Virus record (IMG/VR): IMGVR_UViG_3300045988_049685
Coordinates: 1-42,501 of that record
Length of the DNA stretch: 42,501 nt
Source: a virus
Direction: 5' to 3' (one strand)
The notes under the pieces were generated by a model. That model was not told the DNA's origin. It saw only the letters and a list, made by a program, of their open reading frames with translations, and did no database searches. The first letter of the stretch is position 1; each line of letters begins with the position of its first letter. Positions 32,918 through 39,963 of the stretch are shown here, one piece after another. Made by a program: the position numbers and the translations under genes.

Positions 32918-33250
32918 TCACAGAGCGTCAGCTTGTTCGAATGCTTTCAGCAGTTTGGGAAACTGGATTGCGAAGAAATCCACCATTTCCTCGTTTTGTG
33001 CCCAGTTGGAATTTTCGGCAAGGCCGCTTTCAAATAGAAATGCGTGAATGATCTCATGCCGCTTCACCTTGTTTGTCTGAACCAGAAGGTTTTGCTTGCA
33101 ATTTGGTTCTCCCTTGCTGTCTTCGTAATTTTCAACCAGCATTTCTTTCGTAGTTTCATCACAGAAACCGTCACAATCCTTGAGCCTTGGCTCTTTGCTT
33201 CCCCGAATTACTGTAAGCGTATATTCTGCTCCCAAAACGTCGATTTTCAT
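32918..33250 (-). CDS. small HExxH (zincin-like) protein
   Basis: Start moved to ATG 33250 (CAGGAGGG upstream). 110 aa with the motif RHEIIHAF. Confidence 0.65.
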   Translation of the reverse strand: MKIDVLGAEYTLTVIRGSKEPRLKDCDGFCDETTKEMLVENYEDSKGEPNCKQNLLVQTNKVKRHEIIHAFLFESGLAENSNWAQNEEMVDFFAIQFPKLLKAFEQADAL

Positions 33251-33266
33251 AAATTCCCTCCTGATA

Positions 33267-33338
33267 CAAAAATAAGGGCTGCCCGTGCGTATCTCAGCAC
33301 AAGCAGCCCTTCGGCTTTCCTCCTGCCCTTGCAGGAGG
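33267..33338 (-). terminator. tandem hairpins / intrinsic terminator ending the minus arm of the island
   Basis: Minus strand CCTCCTGC-aagg-GCAGGAGG, then GGGCTGC-19 nt-GCAGCCC followed by TTATTTTTG. Confidence 0.75.
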
Positions 33339-33342
33339 TTTA

Positions 33343-33411
33343 TTACTTTGTATGCTTCATGATCTCTATCAGCACGAATATGGGGAACAGGAGAAGCAAT
33401 AGAAATTCCAT
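33343..33411 (-). CDS. 22-aa hydrophobic peptide (micro-ORF P1)
   Basis: MEFLLLLLFPIFVLIEIMKHTK. The ATG directly abuts the upstream TAA. Paralog of the peptide at 36412-36480. Confidence 0.5.
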   Translation of the reverse strand: MEFLLLLLFPIFVLIEIMKHTK

Positions 33412-33768
33412 TTACTTTTTCACATCCTTGCATACACCTGAATACCCGCAGTCAGAACAAGTGATGACCGTCTGATATGTCTGCGGAACTAAACCGTTTA
33501 CGATTGCACCGATAACCAGCCCGAGTAAAGCTCCCACGATCAAACCGATAATTCCCAGGAACATCAGCCCAAACCCGCCGAATGTCATCACAAGTGGCAC
33601 TGTCAGCTTTGGCTTATACTCTTTCGGTGTTGCCGTGACATTCGCGGAGTTGCACTTAGGGCATCTAACACCGCTCCCTACATCCTCCGTAACCGCCGTT
33701 CCGCACTTGGAACAGAACTTTGCTCCATCGGGTAATTCGCTTCCGCATTTGCTGCATACTCTCTGCAT
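33412..33768 (-). CDS. double zinc-ribbon membrane protein
   Basis: 118 aa. CSKCG..CSKCG and CPKC..CSDCG ribbons flank two TM helices. Confidence 0.7.
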   Translation of the reverse strand: MQRVCSKCGSELPDGAKFCSKCGTAVTEDVGSGVRCPKCNSANVTATPKEYKPKLTVPLVMTFGGFGLMFLGIIGLIVGALLGLVIGAIVNGLVPQTYQTVITCSDCGYSGVCKDVKK

Positions 33769-33772
33769 TTGG

Positions 33773-34141
33773 TTATTCCTCCTTCAAAATCGGCTCATGC
33801 TGCCCGGGAACTGCATCCCAGGTCATTCTCTTTCCGCACAGGGCATAATTAAGATATTGCGTTACCATTTCCGGCGACCTTGCCATTTGGAAGCACAGCA
33901 TTTCCTTCACTCGCCGCATCATGTCATTTTCGCCAGGCACAATCGTAATGCCCTCATTAACCAAATGAACCGTGCAATTCATTTTCTGGCAAGCCTGTAA
34001 AAATGGATAATACTCCGTTTCTCCACCCTCAAACATGAAAATGGATGGTATCTCTACTGTCCCGTCCCGCACAATTACATTGAAGTGTGGAACACTTTTA
34101 TACCGCTCATTTAGTTCGGCATCAGATATTCTTTTCCCCAT
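33773..34141 (-). CDS. hypothetical protein
   Basis: 122-aa ORF tightly packed after the recombinase; no family recognised. Confidence 0.6.
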   Translation of the reverse strand: MGKRISDAELNERYKSVPHFNVIVRDGTVEIPSIFMFEGGETEYYPFLQACQKMNCTVHLVNEGITIVPGENDMMRRVKEMLCFQMARSPEMVTQYLNYALCGKRMTWDAVPGQHEPILKEE

Positions 34142-34150
34142 TTTGCAATC

Positions 34151-34909
34151 TCACCCCTTTAGAATTGCTTCGTGCGTATTCTCACACATTTCTTTGCCGT
34201 ACCGGTAATTCCCCCGGTAGGTATCCTCGTTGCCCAGAATCGTCTGGACTGCGGAGTGCTTGAACTCCTTGCCCTTCTTGCTCCGATATCCTAGCTCATT
34301 CAGCTTGTCTGCGATTCCTTGCAATGTACAGCCCTGGTTTCTCAACTCGAAAACCTTTTTTACAATCTCCGCCTCTTCCGGCACCACTGCAAGATGCCCG
34401 TTTTCAGCCCGATACCCAAGTGGAGGCTTCCCCCCGGCATAGCCGCCCTCTCTGGCTGTAGCATACCGCCCCATGGTAGTTCTTAGGGCGATATTGTCGC
34501 TCTCCAACTGATTAAAGGAAGATAGAATGCCAATCATGGCACGTCCCCACGGGGTAGTGGTATCAAGCGTTTCATTCAGGCTTATGAGGTCAACTCCGTT
34601 TGCCAACAAATCGTCCTCTACAATCGCTAGAGTATCCCGTTGCTTTCTGGAAAGCCGATCTAGCTTAAAAATAACAATAGCTTCGATTTTACCCGCCCGA
34701 ATATCCCGAAGCATTTCTTGAAGCCCCGGACGGTTTGTGTTTCTGCCGGTATACCCGTTGTCCTCATAGGTTTTCACATATTTCCAGCCCTTGCTTTCAA
34801 TGCAGGCTTTCGCCATTCGCTCCTGCTCAGGCAAAGACACTTTCCCGTCCTCTCCCTGAGCCTCTGTAGATACTCTGGTATAGACACATGCCTTTTTCAT
34901 CTCGTACAT
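34151..34909 (-). CDS. serine recombinase, short form (resolvase catalytic domain + recombinase domain, no zinc-ribbon/coiled-coil tail)
   Basis: Start at ATG 34909, downstream of the mapped promoter. ACVYTRVSTEAQ catalytic motif. GGKPPLGYRAENGHLAVVPEEAEIVKKVF recombinase-domain motif. Ends right after HEAIL at 253 aa. Confidence 0.88.
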   Translation of the reverse strand: MYEMKKACVYTRVSTEAQGEDGKVSLPEQERMAKACIESKGWKYVKTYEDNGYTGRNTNRPGLQEMLRDIRAGKIEAIVIFKLDRLSRKQRDTLAIVEDDLLANGVDLISLNETLDTTTPWGRAMIGILSSFNQLESDNIALRTTMGRYATAREGGYAGGKPPLGYRAENGHLAVVPEEAEIVKKVFELRNQGCTLQGIADKLNELGYRSKKGKEFKHSAVQTILGNEDTYRGNYRYGKEMCENTHEAILKG

Positions 34910-34940
34910 TTCTGCTTCCCCCGTACATCTTGTTTTCTGT

Positions 34941-34969
34941 ATAATATCAGATTTACAATTATTTGTCAA
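34941..34969 (-). promoter_or_regulatory. consensus sigma70 promoter TTGACA-17-TATTAT (minus arm of the island)
   Basis: Minus strand TTGACA (fwd 34964-34969), 17-nt spacer, TATTAT (fwd 34941-34946). Confidence 0.7.
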
Positions 34970-35192
34970 CTGTAATAATGCACAAATAAGAACTGCCTTT
35001 TTTGTTTTTGCCGGAATTTCTGAAAAGGGGGGGCTTCTTGATTTCGCGGGTATTTATGGGGTTAACCCCCGCCGAATTAGGCCGGCCATATCCCCCGCCC
35101 CCGGTGCTTTCGCTGCTGCTTCTCCCGTGATGGGGCGGGAAGCGCCGGATTTGATAATTTACATTTTTTCTTGAATTTCTGTAAAATAATGC

Positions 35193-35220
35193 TTGACATT
35201 TACGAAAATATCTATATAAT
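35193..35220 (+). promoter_or_regulatory. consensus sigma70 promoter TTGACA-16-TATAAT (plus arm of the island)
   Basis: TTGACA 35193-35198, TATAAT 35215-35220. Confidence 0.7.
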
Positions 35221-35348
35221 AGTAAATGTAAACAAGAGCAAAACAAAAGCGCCCCCGCAATCCTACCAAGACCAACGGGAGCGCACCACACAAGGGGGCG
35301 CCGCTATTATAGCACGGCCTCCGCAGAATTACAAGGAGGAATATTATA

Positions 35349-35984
35349 ATGATTATCAACGGGAAGAACTATCTATTACTAGAAAAGCGCGGCTGCAATT
35401 TTAATGGCGGCGTCCCGGTCACCACTAAAAGCGACGTTGGAAATTATCGTGTATGCACGATGGGCGAGACGGTCCCCGGCAAAGACGGCCGAAATTATTT
35501 CCTTGAATTCTCCCTTTGGCAGAACCGCAGCCAGCCGCGCTATACCAATAAGCGAACCGGCGCACCACTGAAACACCCCGTGCGAGAGATCATCAACCCC
35601 ATTGGACTACACATCGACACGCAATACACCGACGAAAGCGGCCAATCTTGGCGCAATCTCAACTTGGAACAGCGCATCCACAAACAGAACCCCAGTTACA
35701 CCACGGCCGAGATTCTTGCCATTGCAAACGAGATCAGCGCGGAACACTACGACGGCATTAAATGGGTTTGTTCTTTCTGCGAGACCGTCGAGCATGGCGC
35801 GAACTTTACGCCGGCCGCCCTGATTTCCACCTATGCGAAAAGAAACCGCATGGAAATAGAATCCCGGGTCGGGGCTCTCTGCCTCAGGCTTTACGCCGGG
35901 ACATATAAATATTTGGCCTACGATGTCCGCAGCTTTGGCAGCCGCGATAATGTAACCGTGATTCTTGAGGAGGTGGAAGCATGA
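35349..35984 (+). CDS. hypothetical protein (family seen in Firmicutes mobile elements, function unknown)
   Basis: 211 aa with AAGGAGG 8 nt upstream; no catalytic motif recognised. Confidence 0.7.
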   Translation: MIINGKNYLLLEKRGCNFNGGVPVTTKSDVGNYRVCTMGETVPGKDGRNYFLEFSLWQNRSQPRYTNKRTGAPLKHPVREIINPIGLHIDTQYTDESGQSWRNLNLEQRIHKQNPSYTTAEILAIANEISAEHYDGIKWVCSFCETVEHGANFTPAALISTYAKRNRMEIESRVGALCLRLYAGTYKYLAYDVRSFGSRDNVTVILEEVEA

Positions 35985-36247
35985 ACATTAACGCAATCAT
36001 GGCCGAACTAGCCCAGTATATCCGGATGCAGGAGGAAGCCGCCGCAATGGTGGAGAGCCTGAAAGATCAGCTGAAAGCCCAGATGCAGGCCGCAGGCGTG
36101 GACACGCTGGCCGGGGACGAACACAAGGCCACTTATAAGGCTGTCACAAGTTGCCGAGTGGACACGACCGCCCTAAAAAAAGACCTGCCGGAAATAGCCG
36201 CCCGGTACACAAAAACAACGGAGACCCGCAGATTTACGTTTGCATAA
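35981..36247 (+). CDS. hypothetical coiled-coil protein
   Basis: 88 aa with ATGA overlap. The HKATYKAVTSCRVDTTALKKDLPEIAARYTKTTETRRFTF C-terminal motif recalls small proteins of Firmicutes conjugative elements. Confidence 0.65.
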   Translation: MNINAIMAELAQYIRMQEEAAAMVESLKDQLKAQMQAAGVDTLAGDEHKATYKAVTSCRVDTTALKKDLPEIAARYTKTTETRRFTFA

Positions 36248-36259
36248 GGAGGCAAAACC

Positions 36260-36415
36260 ATGAAAACATACATTTTTACAGCAAGCAAAACCGGGGAAAA
36301 CGTGGATTTTGAAACAACAATTCAGGCAAAAGCGGAACCCGACTTTTGGGACTGCTACGAGTTAGCAGCCTCCCACGGGTGCGAGTTCTGGACTTGTGAG
36401 GAGGTCGGCGCGTGA
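36260..36415 (+). CDS. hypothetical 51-aa acidic Cys-containing protein (below the ORF-track cutoff)
   Basis: MKTYIFTASKTGENVDFETTIQAKAEPDFWDCYELAASHGCEFWTCEEVGA, with AAGGAGG 7 nt upstream. Confidence 0.55.
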   Translation: MKTYIFTASKTGENVDFETTIQAKAEPDFWDCYELAASHGCEFWTCEEVGA

Positions 36416-36480
36416 TTATCCTTGCAATTCTGTTTTTTCCGCTGCTGGTTCTGGCGGAGCTGCTGAAAATAAGCAAATAA
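36412..36480 (+). CDS. 22-aa hydrophobic peptide (micro-ORF P2)
   Basis: GTG start overlaps the upstream TGA (GTGA), with GAGGAGG 7 nt upstream. (M)IILAILFFPLLVLAELLKISK. Paralog of P1. Confidence 0.5.
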   Translation: MIILAILFFPLLVLAELLKISK

Positions 36481-36486
36481 TGTGCA

Positions 36487-36551
36487 AGCCGTCCGAGCAT
36501 TGCCCGGGCGGCTTTCTCTTTGCCCTGCCAACGTGGCGGGGCTTTTCTCTT
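36487..36551 (+). terminator. two tandem terminator-like hairpins ending the plus arm
   Basis: agccgtccg/cgggcggct + TTCTCTTT, then gccctgcc/ggcggggc + TTTTCTCTT. Confidence 0.6.
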
Positions 36552-36911
36552 GCTATGCCCTGTAAGGCTCTCATCAGCTTTTTAAGCGGCTTTTATTCTG
36601 GCAATATAAATTAACGTCAAGCATCGTTCCCGCCTTAAAATGGGCACGTATGGACGCCACGCAATGCCGCACGGTATTTTATGCAGCGCGTGGGGCGCTC
36701 AGCGCCCGCCATTGCCGCCGCTTTCCGTGCCGGATACCAGATCCCGCCGCAACTTTTCGCCCGTCCGACCGCTTTCTGTGCCCCCCTGCGTTCTGCCCGC
36801 TGCTACAGGGTAAAAGCACCGCCACACAGGCCGCACCGGCTCCGATCAGATTTCCCGCCATGTTTTTGCGTCAGGGTTGAAAATCCCCGCAAGGCTCCCA
36901 GCTCGTGAGCC

Positions 36912-37075
36912 ATAGTCGCAAAGTCGCAGCCGAAAATTTCCAATTCATAGTCGCACCATAGTCGTTTTGAAAGTCGCTGGCCATAGTCGCAGAAAGTCGC
37001 CCCGAAAGTCGCAAGACCTCCGGGGCGTTTTCATAGTCGCTATAGTCGCTGGGTCAAAGTCGCTGTTATAGTCGC
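36912..37075 (+). repeat. array of 12 same-orientation octamers A(T/A)AGTCG(C/T)
   Basis: Copies start at 36912, 36920, 36947, 36958, 36970, 36983, 36993, 37005, 37033, 37042, 37056 and 37068. Most spacings are 8-14 bp. Confidence 0.9.
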
Positions 37076-37284
37076 TCGAGCTTCCGACCGCACACTGGGC
37101 AAAAATTCCAAGTCACCGTCATTTGCCGCCCGCTATGGGCAACCACGGTGAATGTTTCCGGTTTGTTCACACACTCTCTGCAAAAGTCGCAGGCGGGTTT
37201 CCTAGCGCCGCCCTCCATCAGCATCCGGATTTGGGCAACCTCTGTGCACATTCGTTCGATGGCGTATTCCGTCTTTTCTCTCAT
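37066..37284 (-). CDS. hypothetical zinc-ribbon protein coupled to terS
   Basis: 72 aa with ATGA overlap with the terS stop. CDFCREC...CPVCG. Confidence 0.65.
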   Translation of the reverse strand: MREKTEYAIERMCTEVAQIRMLMEGGARKPACDFCRECVNKPETFTVVAHSGRQMTVTWNFCPVCGRKLERL

Positions 37285-37829
37285 TCCGTTCCACCCTCCG
37301 CGTCAATGATAGTCGCACCGCTACCGCGAACATCTTCCAGATACTTCTGCCGCAGCTTCTCCGGGTCTGCCCGCTCTCCAAGCGGATTATCCGGCTTTAA
37401 GACCACTTCCTGCTGGTCTGTGTAGTTCATATTGTTTTTCATCAAAAAAATTCCGGCAACGGGGTTAATCTTGCCATTTTGCATGAAATCTTCCATCTGA
37501 GCGTTGATTAAATCCCGTGCTTTTTTGATAGTGTCACGCACAGAGTCGCTTAAATCCCTGCTTCTAGGCTGATTATTGCACCATCTCCACATGGTCATTC
37601 TGTCCACCCCGAACGCCAAAGCGAATCCTGCGAAAGTCGGCTTCATATCATTCTCAGCGCACAGGCTGAAATAGTCGAAGCACCGTTTCTGTACCGCCTC
37701 CAAGCTGTCCATGTCCGGCTTGTCCCACTTCATGATAGTCATGGAATGGCTAATGTACTTGGTATTATCTCCTGGTTCCAGATCAGGAACTTGATAAGGC
37801 TTCTTTTTGAGTTTATTGCTTTCCGCCAA
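37281..37829 (-). CDS. terS: terminase small subunit
   Basis: 182 aa. HTH KPTFAGFALAFGVDRMTMWRWCN, typical of Firmicutes phage TerS. First gene after an AT-rich promoter-like region. Confidence 0.8.
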   Translation of the reverse strand: MAESNKLKKKPYQVPDLEPGDNTKYISHSMTIMKWDKPDMDSLEAVQKRCFDYFSLCAENDMKPTFAGFALAFGVDRMTMWRWCNNQPRSRDLSDSVRDTIKKARDLINAQMEDFMQNGKINPVAGIFLMKNNMNYTDQQEVVLKPDNPLGERADPEKLRQKYLEDVRGSGATIIDAEGGTE

Positions 37830-37879
37830 AGTCGTTGTCCTCCTTTACTATCTTAGTAGATTTACTTATATTCTTTACC

Positions 37880-37926
37880 ATAACACATACACACTACAAG
37901 ATATGAGATTTATATATATTATATAT
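37880..37926. repeat. AT-rich intergenic element, copy A (upstream of terS)
   Basis: ataacacatacacactacaagatatgagatttatatatattatatat is about 80% identical to 39040-39080. It contains the inverted repeat caagatat/atatcttg. Confidence 0.7.
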
Positions 37927-37958
37927 TTATTTAATATATCTTGTTAATAAGAATCAGC

Positions 37959-38627
37959 TCATTCTTTGACTTCCGTTGGAAACTCGACTGTGATTTTAAC
38001 CACGTTCCCACCGTAGAACGAGACTGATTTGGTCGTTCCTATGAGTTCTTTTGCCGCAGCTCCGTCATCGCTCTTGGTAGTAAACGCAAATATGCGATCT
38101 TTCCCAATTAAGCCCAAAAATTCATTAGCGTTTATGCGTACACCCTCACGGAACTTTATACTGAAAGAATATACTCTAGGCCCTCCTCTCCCATCGAGTG
38201 ATGGTTTTTCACCGTCCTGCTCCGAGGCGCCATTTCCCTTGAGCCTAACGCCCTCCGGTGCTTGTAAAAGTTCATAGTATCCGTTTCTACGCCCTTGCGT
38301 TATCCTCAGCCTATCTTCCGCTCCAAGGCCAAGGCACCGGCTGAATGCGTGGCTGTCCAAATCCGGCTCTGCTGGCGCGGCCTTAAACTCCCACCGCTCA
38401 GAGCCGTCATGCTCCGCTCTCTCAAGCCACCAATCGTCACCGGCCACAATCAGGTCCCCGGGTATTTCTGCAATGCCGTATCCATTGTCGTACTCAAAGT
38501 TTGCTTGTTTTGCAAAGTCGTCCCAGCTGCACTTCGCATTGGCAGACTCTCTGCCAACCCACCGCACATCCGCAGGGGTTTTGCCGTTTTCTTTGAGAAT
38601 ATTCAAGGTTTCATTCAAAAGATTCAT
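37959..38627 (-). CDS. hypothetical protein
   Basis: 222-aa ORF; no family recognised. Confidence 0.65.
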   Translation of the reverse strand: MNLLNETLNILKENGKTPADVRWVGRESANAKCSWDDFAKQANFEYDNGYGIAEIPGDLIVAGDDWWLERAEHDGSERWEFKAAPAEPDLDSHAFSRCLGLGAEDRLRITQGRRNGYYELLQAPEGVRLKGNGASEQDGEKPSLDGRGGPRVYSFSIKFREGVRINANEFLGLIGKDRIFAFTTKSDDGAAAKELIGTTKSVSFYGGNVVKITVEFPTEVKE

Positions 38628-38628
38628 A

Positions 38629-38997
38629 CTATCCCCTCCATTTCCCGATCTTATAGTCGTACTCTTTCAGGCAATCGTACCGCTCCCGGAACGGGAAGAA
38701 CGTCTCACCGTTTCCATTATACGCTTCCATGAGAGCCTTGTCCAGCTGTTCTTGATACCAATCCGCTTCATCGTTTGGCAGGAACGCCGGGCGGAAATAC
38801 TGCATGATTTCGTTGGTTTTCTTCAGGACTTTCAGGATTCTTGCGCCGCTAAATGTGTCCTTTCCCATGGTCTCCGGGTCTCGCAAGGCCAGTGAAATAT
38901 AGTCGCACATTTGCTGTGTCCCGAGTTCCCAACCATCGTTGAAGCACTGCCGCTGAACAGCCTCCTGCTTGGCAAGATACGCATTTTGTTTTGCCAT
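38629..38997 (-). CDS. hypothetical protein
   Basis: Start moved to ATG 38997 (GAAAGGAAAAG upstream). 122 aa. Confidence 0.6.
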   Translation of the reverse strand: MAKQNAYLAKQEAVQRQCFNDGWELGTQQMCDYISLALRDPETMGKDTFSGARILKVLKKTNEIMQYFRPAFLPNDEADWYQEQLDKALMEAYNGNGETFFPFRERYDCLKEYDYKIGKWRG

Positions 38998-39023
38998 ATG
39001 CTTTTCCTTTCTTTTCTTAGTAA

Positions 39024-39092
39024 ATCCCTGTATAGAACTATAACAACATACACACAAGATATAGAATTATATTATATATACTATACAGGGAT
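39024..39092. repeat. AT-rich intergenic element copy B bracketed by a perfect 12-bp inverted repeat
   Basis: atccctgtatag at 39024-39035 and ctatacagggat at 39081-39092. The 45-nt spacer is copy B of the AT-rich element. Confidence 0.75.
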
Positions 39093-39096
39093 AAAG

Positions 39097-39279
39097 CTAT
39101 AATATTAAATTTCGTCTCCTGTTTTTCGTTTTCTCCCTCCTTTCGGTACAATCCTTCCCAGGCGGGCAAGGCCGCTTTTTCCCGTGGACGAATATGTAAT
39201 TGCAGCACCGGCTGCCTTCGCAATATCCGAAGAAATACCGGCACCCGACGCAATACTTCCTGCCGTCCCTGTACTCCAC
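39097..39279 (-). CDS. hypothetical Cys-rich 60-aa protein (GTG start)
   Basis: YCVGCRYFFGYCEGSRCCNYIFVHGKKRPCPPGKDC. It has higher GC3 than the overlapping 39105-39281 frame. The choice of frame is uncertain. Confidence 0.4.
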   Translation of the reverse strand: MEYRDGRKYCVGCRYFFGYCEGSRCCNYIFVHGKKRPCPPGKDCTERREKTKNRRRNLIL

Positions 39280-39297
39280 ATTACCGCCCCGTTTCCA

Positions 39298-39963
39298 TCA
39301 CAGGATAATCCGCTGCTGTGCTGTATATTCTGCCCACACCGCCTCCTGTTTTTCAAAATATTCCTTGTCAATTTCCGTTCCTACAAAATCCAGATCGAAA
39401 TCATACGCCGCCCGCCGGGAGCTACCGCTACCAAGATGAGTATCCAGAATCTTGAATCCCGGCTTCGTGTAGTGGGCGTATATCCATCGGTATAATTCTT
39501 CCGGCTTTTGAGTTGGGTGAAATCTGCCCGCTATGCCCGCAGATGACATTTTGATAACTTTCGCGTTATCGTTGAAACTGCACCAAGCATATTCCGCCAT
39601 TGCCATAGAAAAGTTTTCCGGTATATTTGTTTTCAGCCAGACCAAAAAGCATCTGTTGGGTGGGAGCTGGAAATAGTTCCCGCCCCATATGATTTGCTCC
39701 TTGCTCACCCGGAAAAGCTCATTGAAATAGTCCTCGCCGGGGGCATAGTCCCAGCTCGTGATTTTTTTCCGAACTTTGCCGCCCACTTTCCTCCCGTCCG
39801 GGCAATCTTGCAGGTACCTGTCAAAGCGTCCACCGAAGCGGGTGCCGCTGACGAACTCCCCCCCCCCGCTTCCATACGGCGGATCGACTACAGCCAAGTC
39901 GAAATATTTATCCGGATACTCCCGCATGATTTCCATGCAATCAGCGTTAAGCGCAATATTCAC
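39298..39963 (-). CDS. DNA methyltransferase (beta-class N6A/N4C, DPPY)
   Basis: Motif IV AVVDPPYG precedes FHPTQKPEELYRWIY and motif I ILDTHLGSGSS. Confidence 0.9.
   Translation of the reverse strand: MNIALNADCMEIMREYPDKYFDLAVVDPPYGSGGGEFVSGTRFGGRFDRYLQDCPDGRKVGGKVRKKITSWDYAPGEDYFNELFRVSKEQIIWGGNYFQLPPNRCFLVWLKTNIPENFSMAMAEYAWCSFNDNAKVIKMSSAGIAGRFHPTQKPEELYRWIYAHYTKPGFKILDTHLGSGSSRRAAYDFDLDFVGTEIDKEYFEKQEAVWAEYTAQQRIIL

Noticed and set aside
36650-36880. ORFs in the GC-rich spacer (76 aa on plus, 60 aa on minus with a signal-peptide-like MAGNLIGAGAACVAVLLPC start)
   Set aside because: Neither has an RBS. Their remainders are Arg/Pro-rich, as expected from GC-rich non-coding DNA, and they overlap each other on opposite strands. 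The region may still hold an RNA element, but I could not define one.
39024-39092. The 12-bp inverted repeat as an invertible promoter switch for the serine recombinase
   Set aside because: The 45-bp spacer is too short for recombinase-mediated inversion, and the site is 4 kb from the recombinase gene. An operator or hairpin role is more plausible.
39105-39371. 88-aa ORF-track call overlapping the 3' end of the methyltransferase
   Set aside because: Its first 30 codons lie inside the methyltransferase coding region in another frame. Only the distal part (from 39281) is a candidate. That part is treated as the alternative frame in the 39097-39281 finding.
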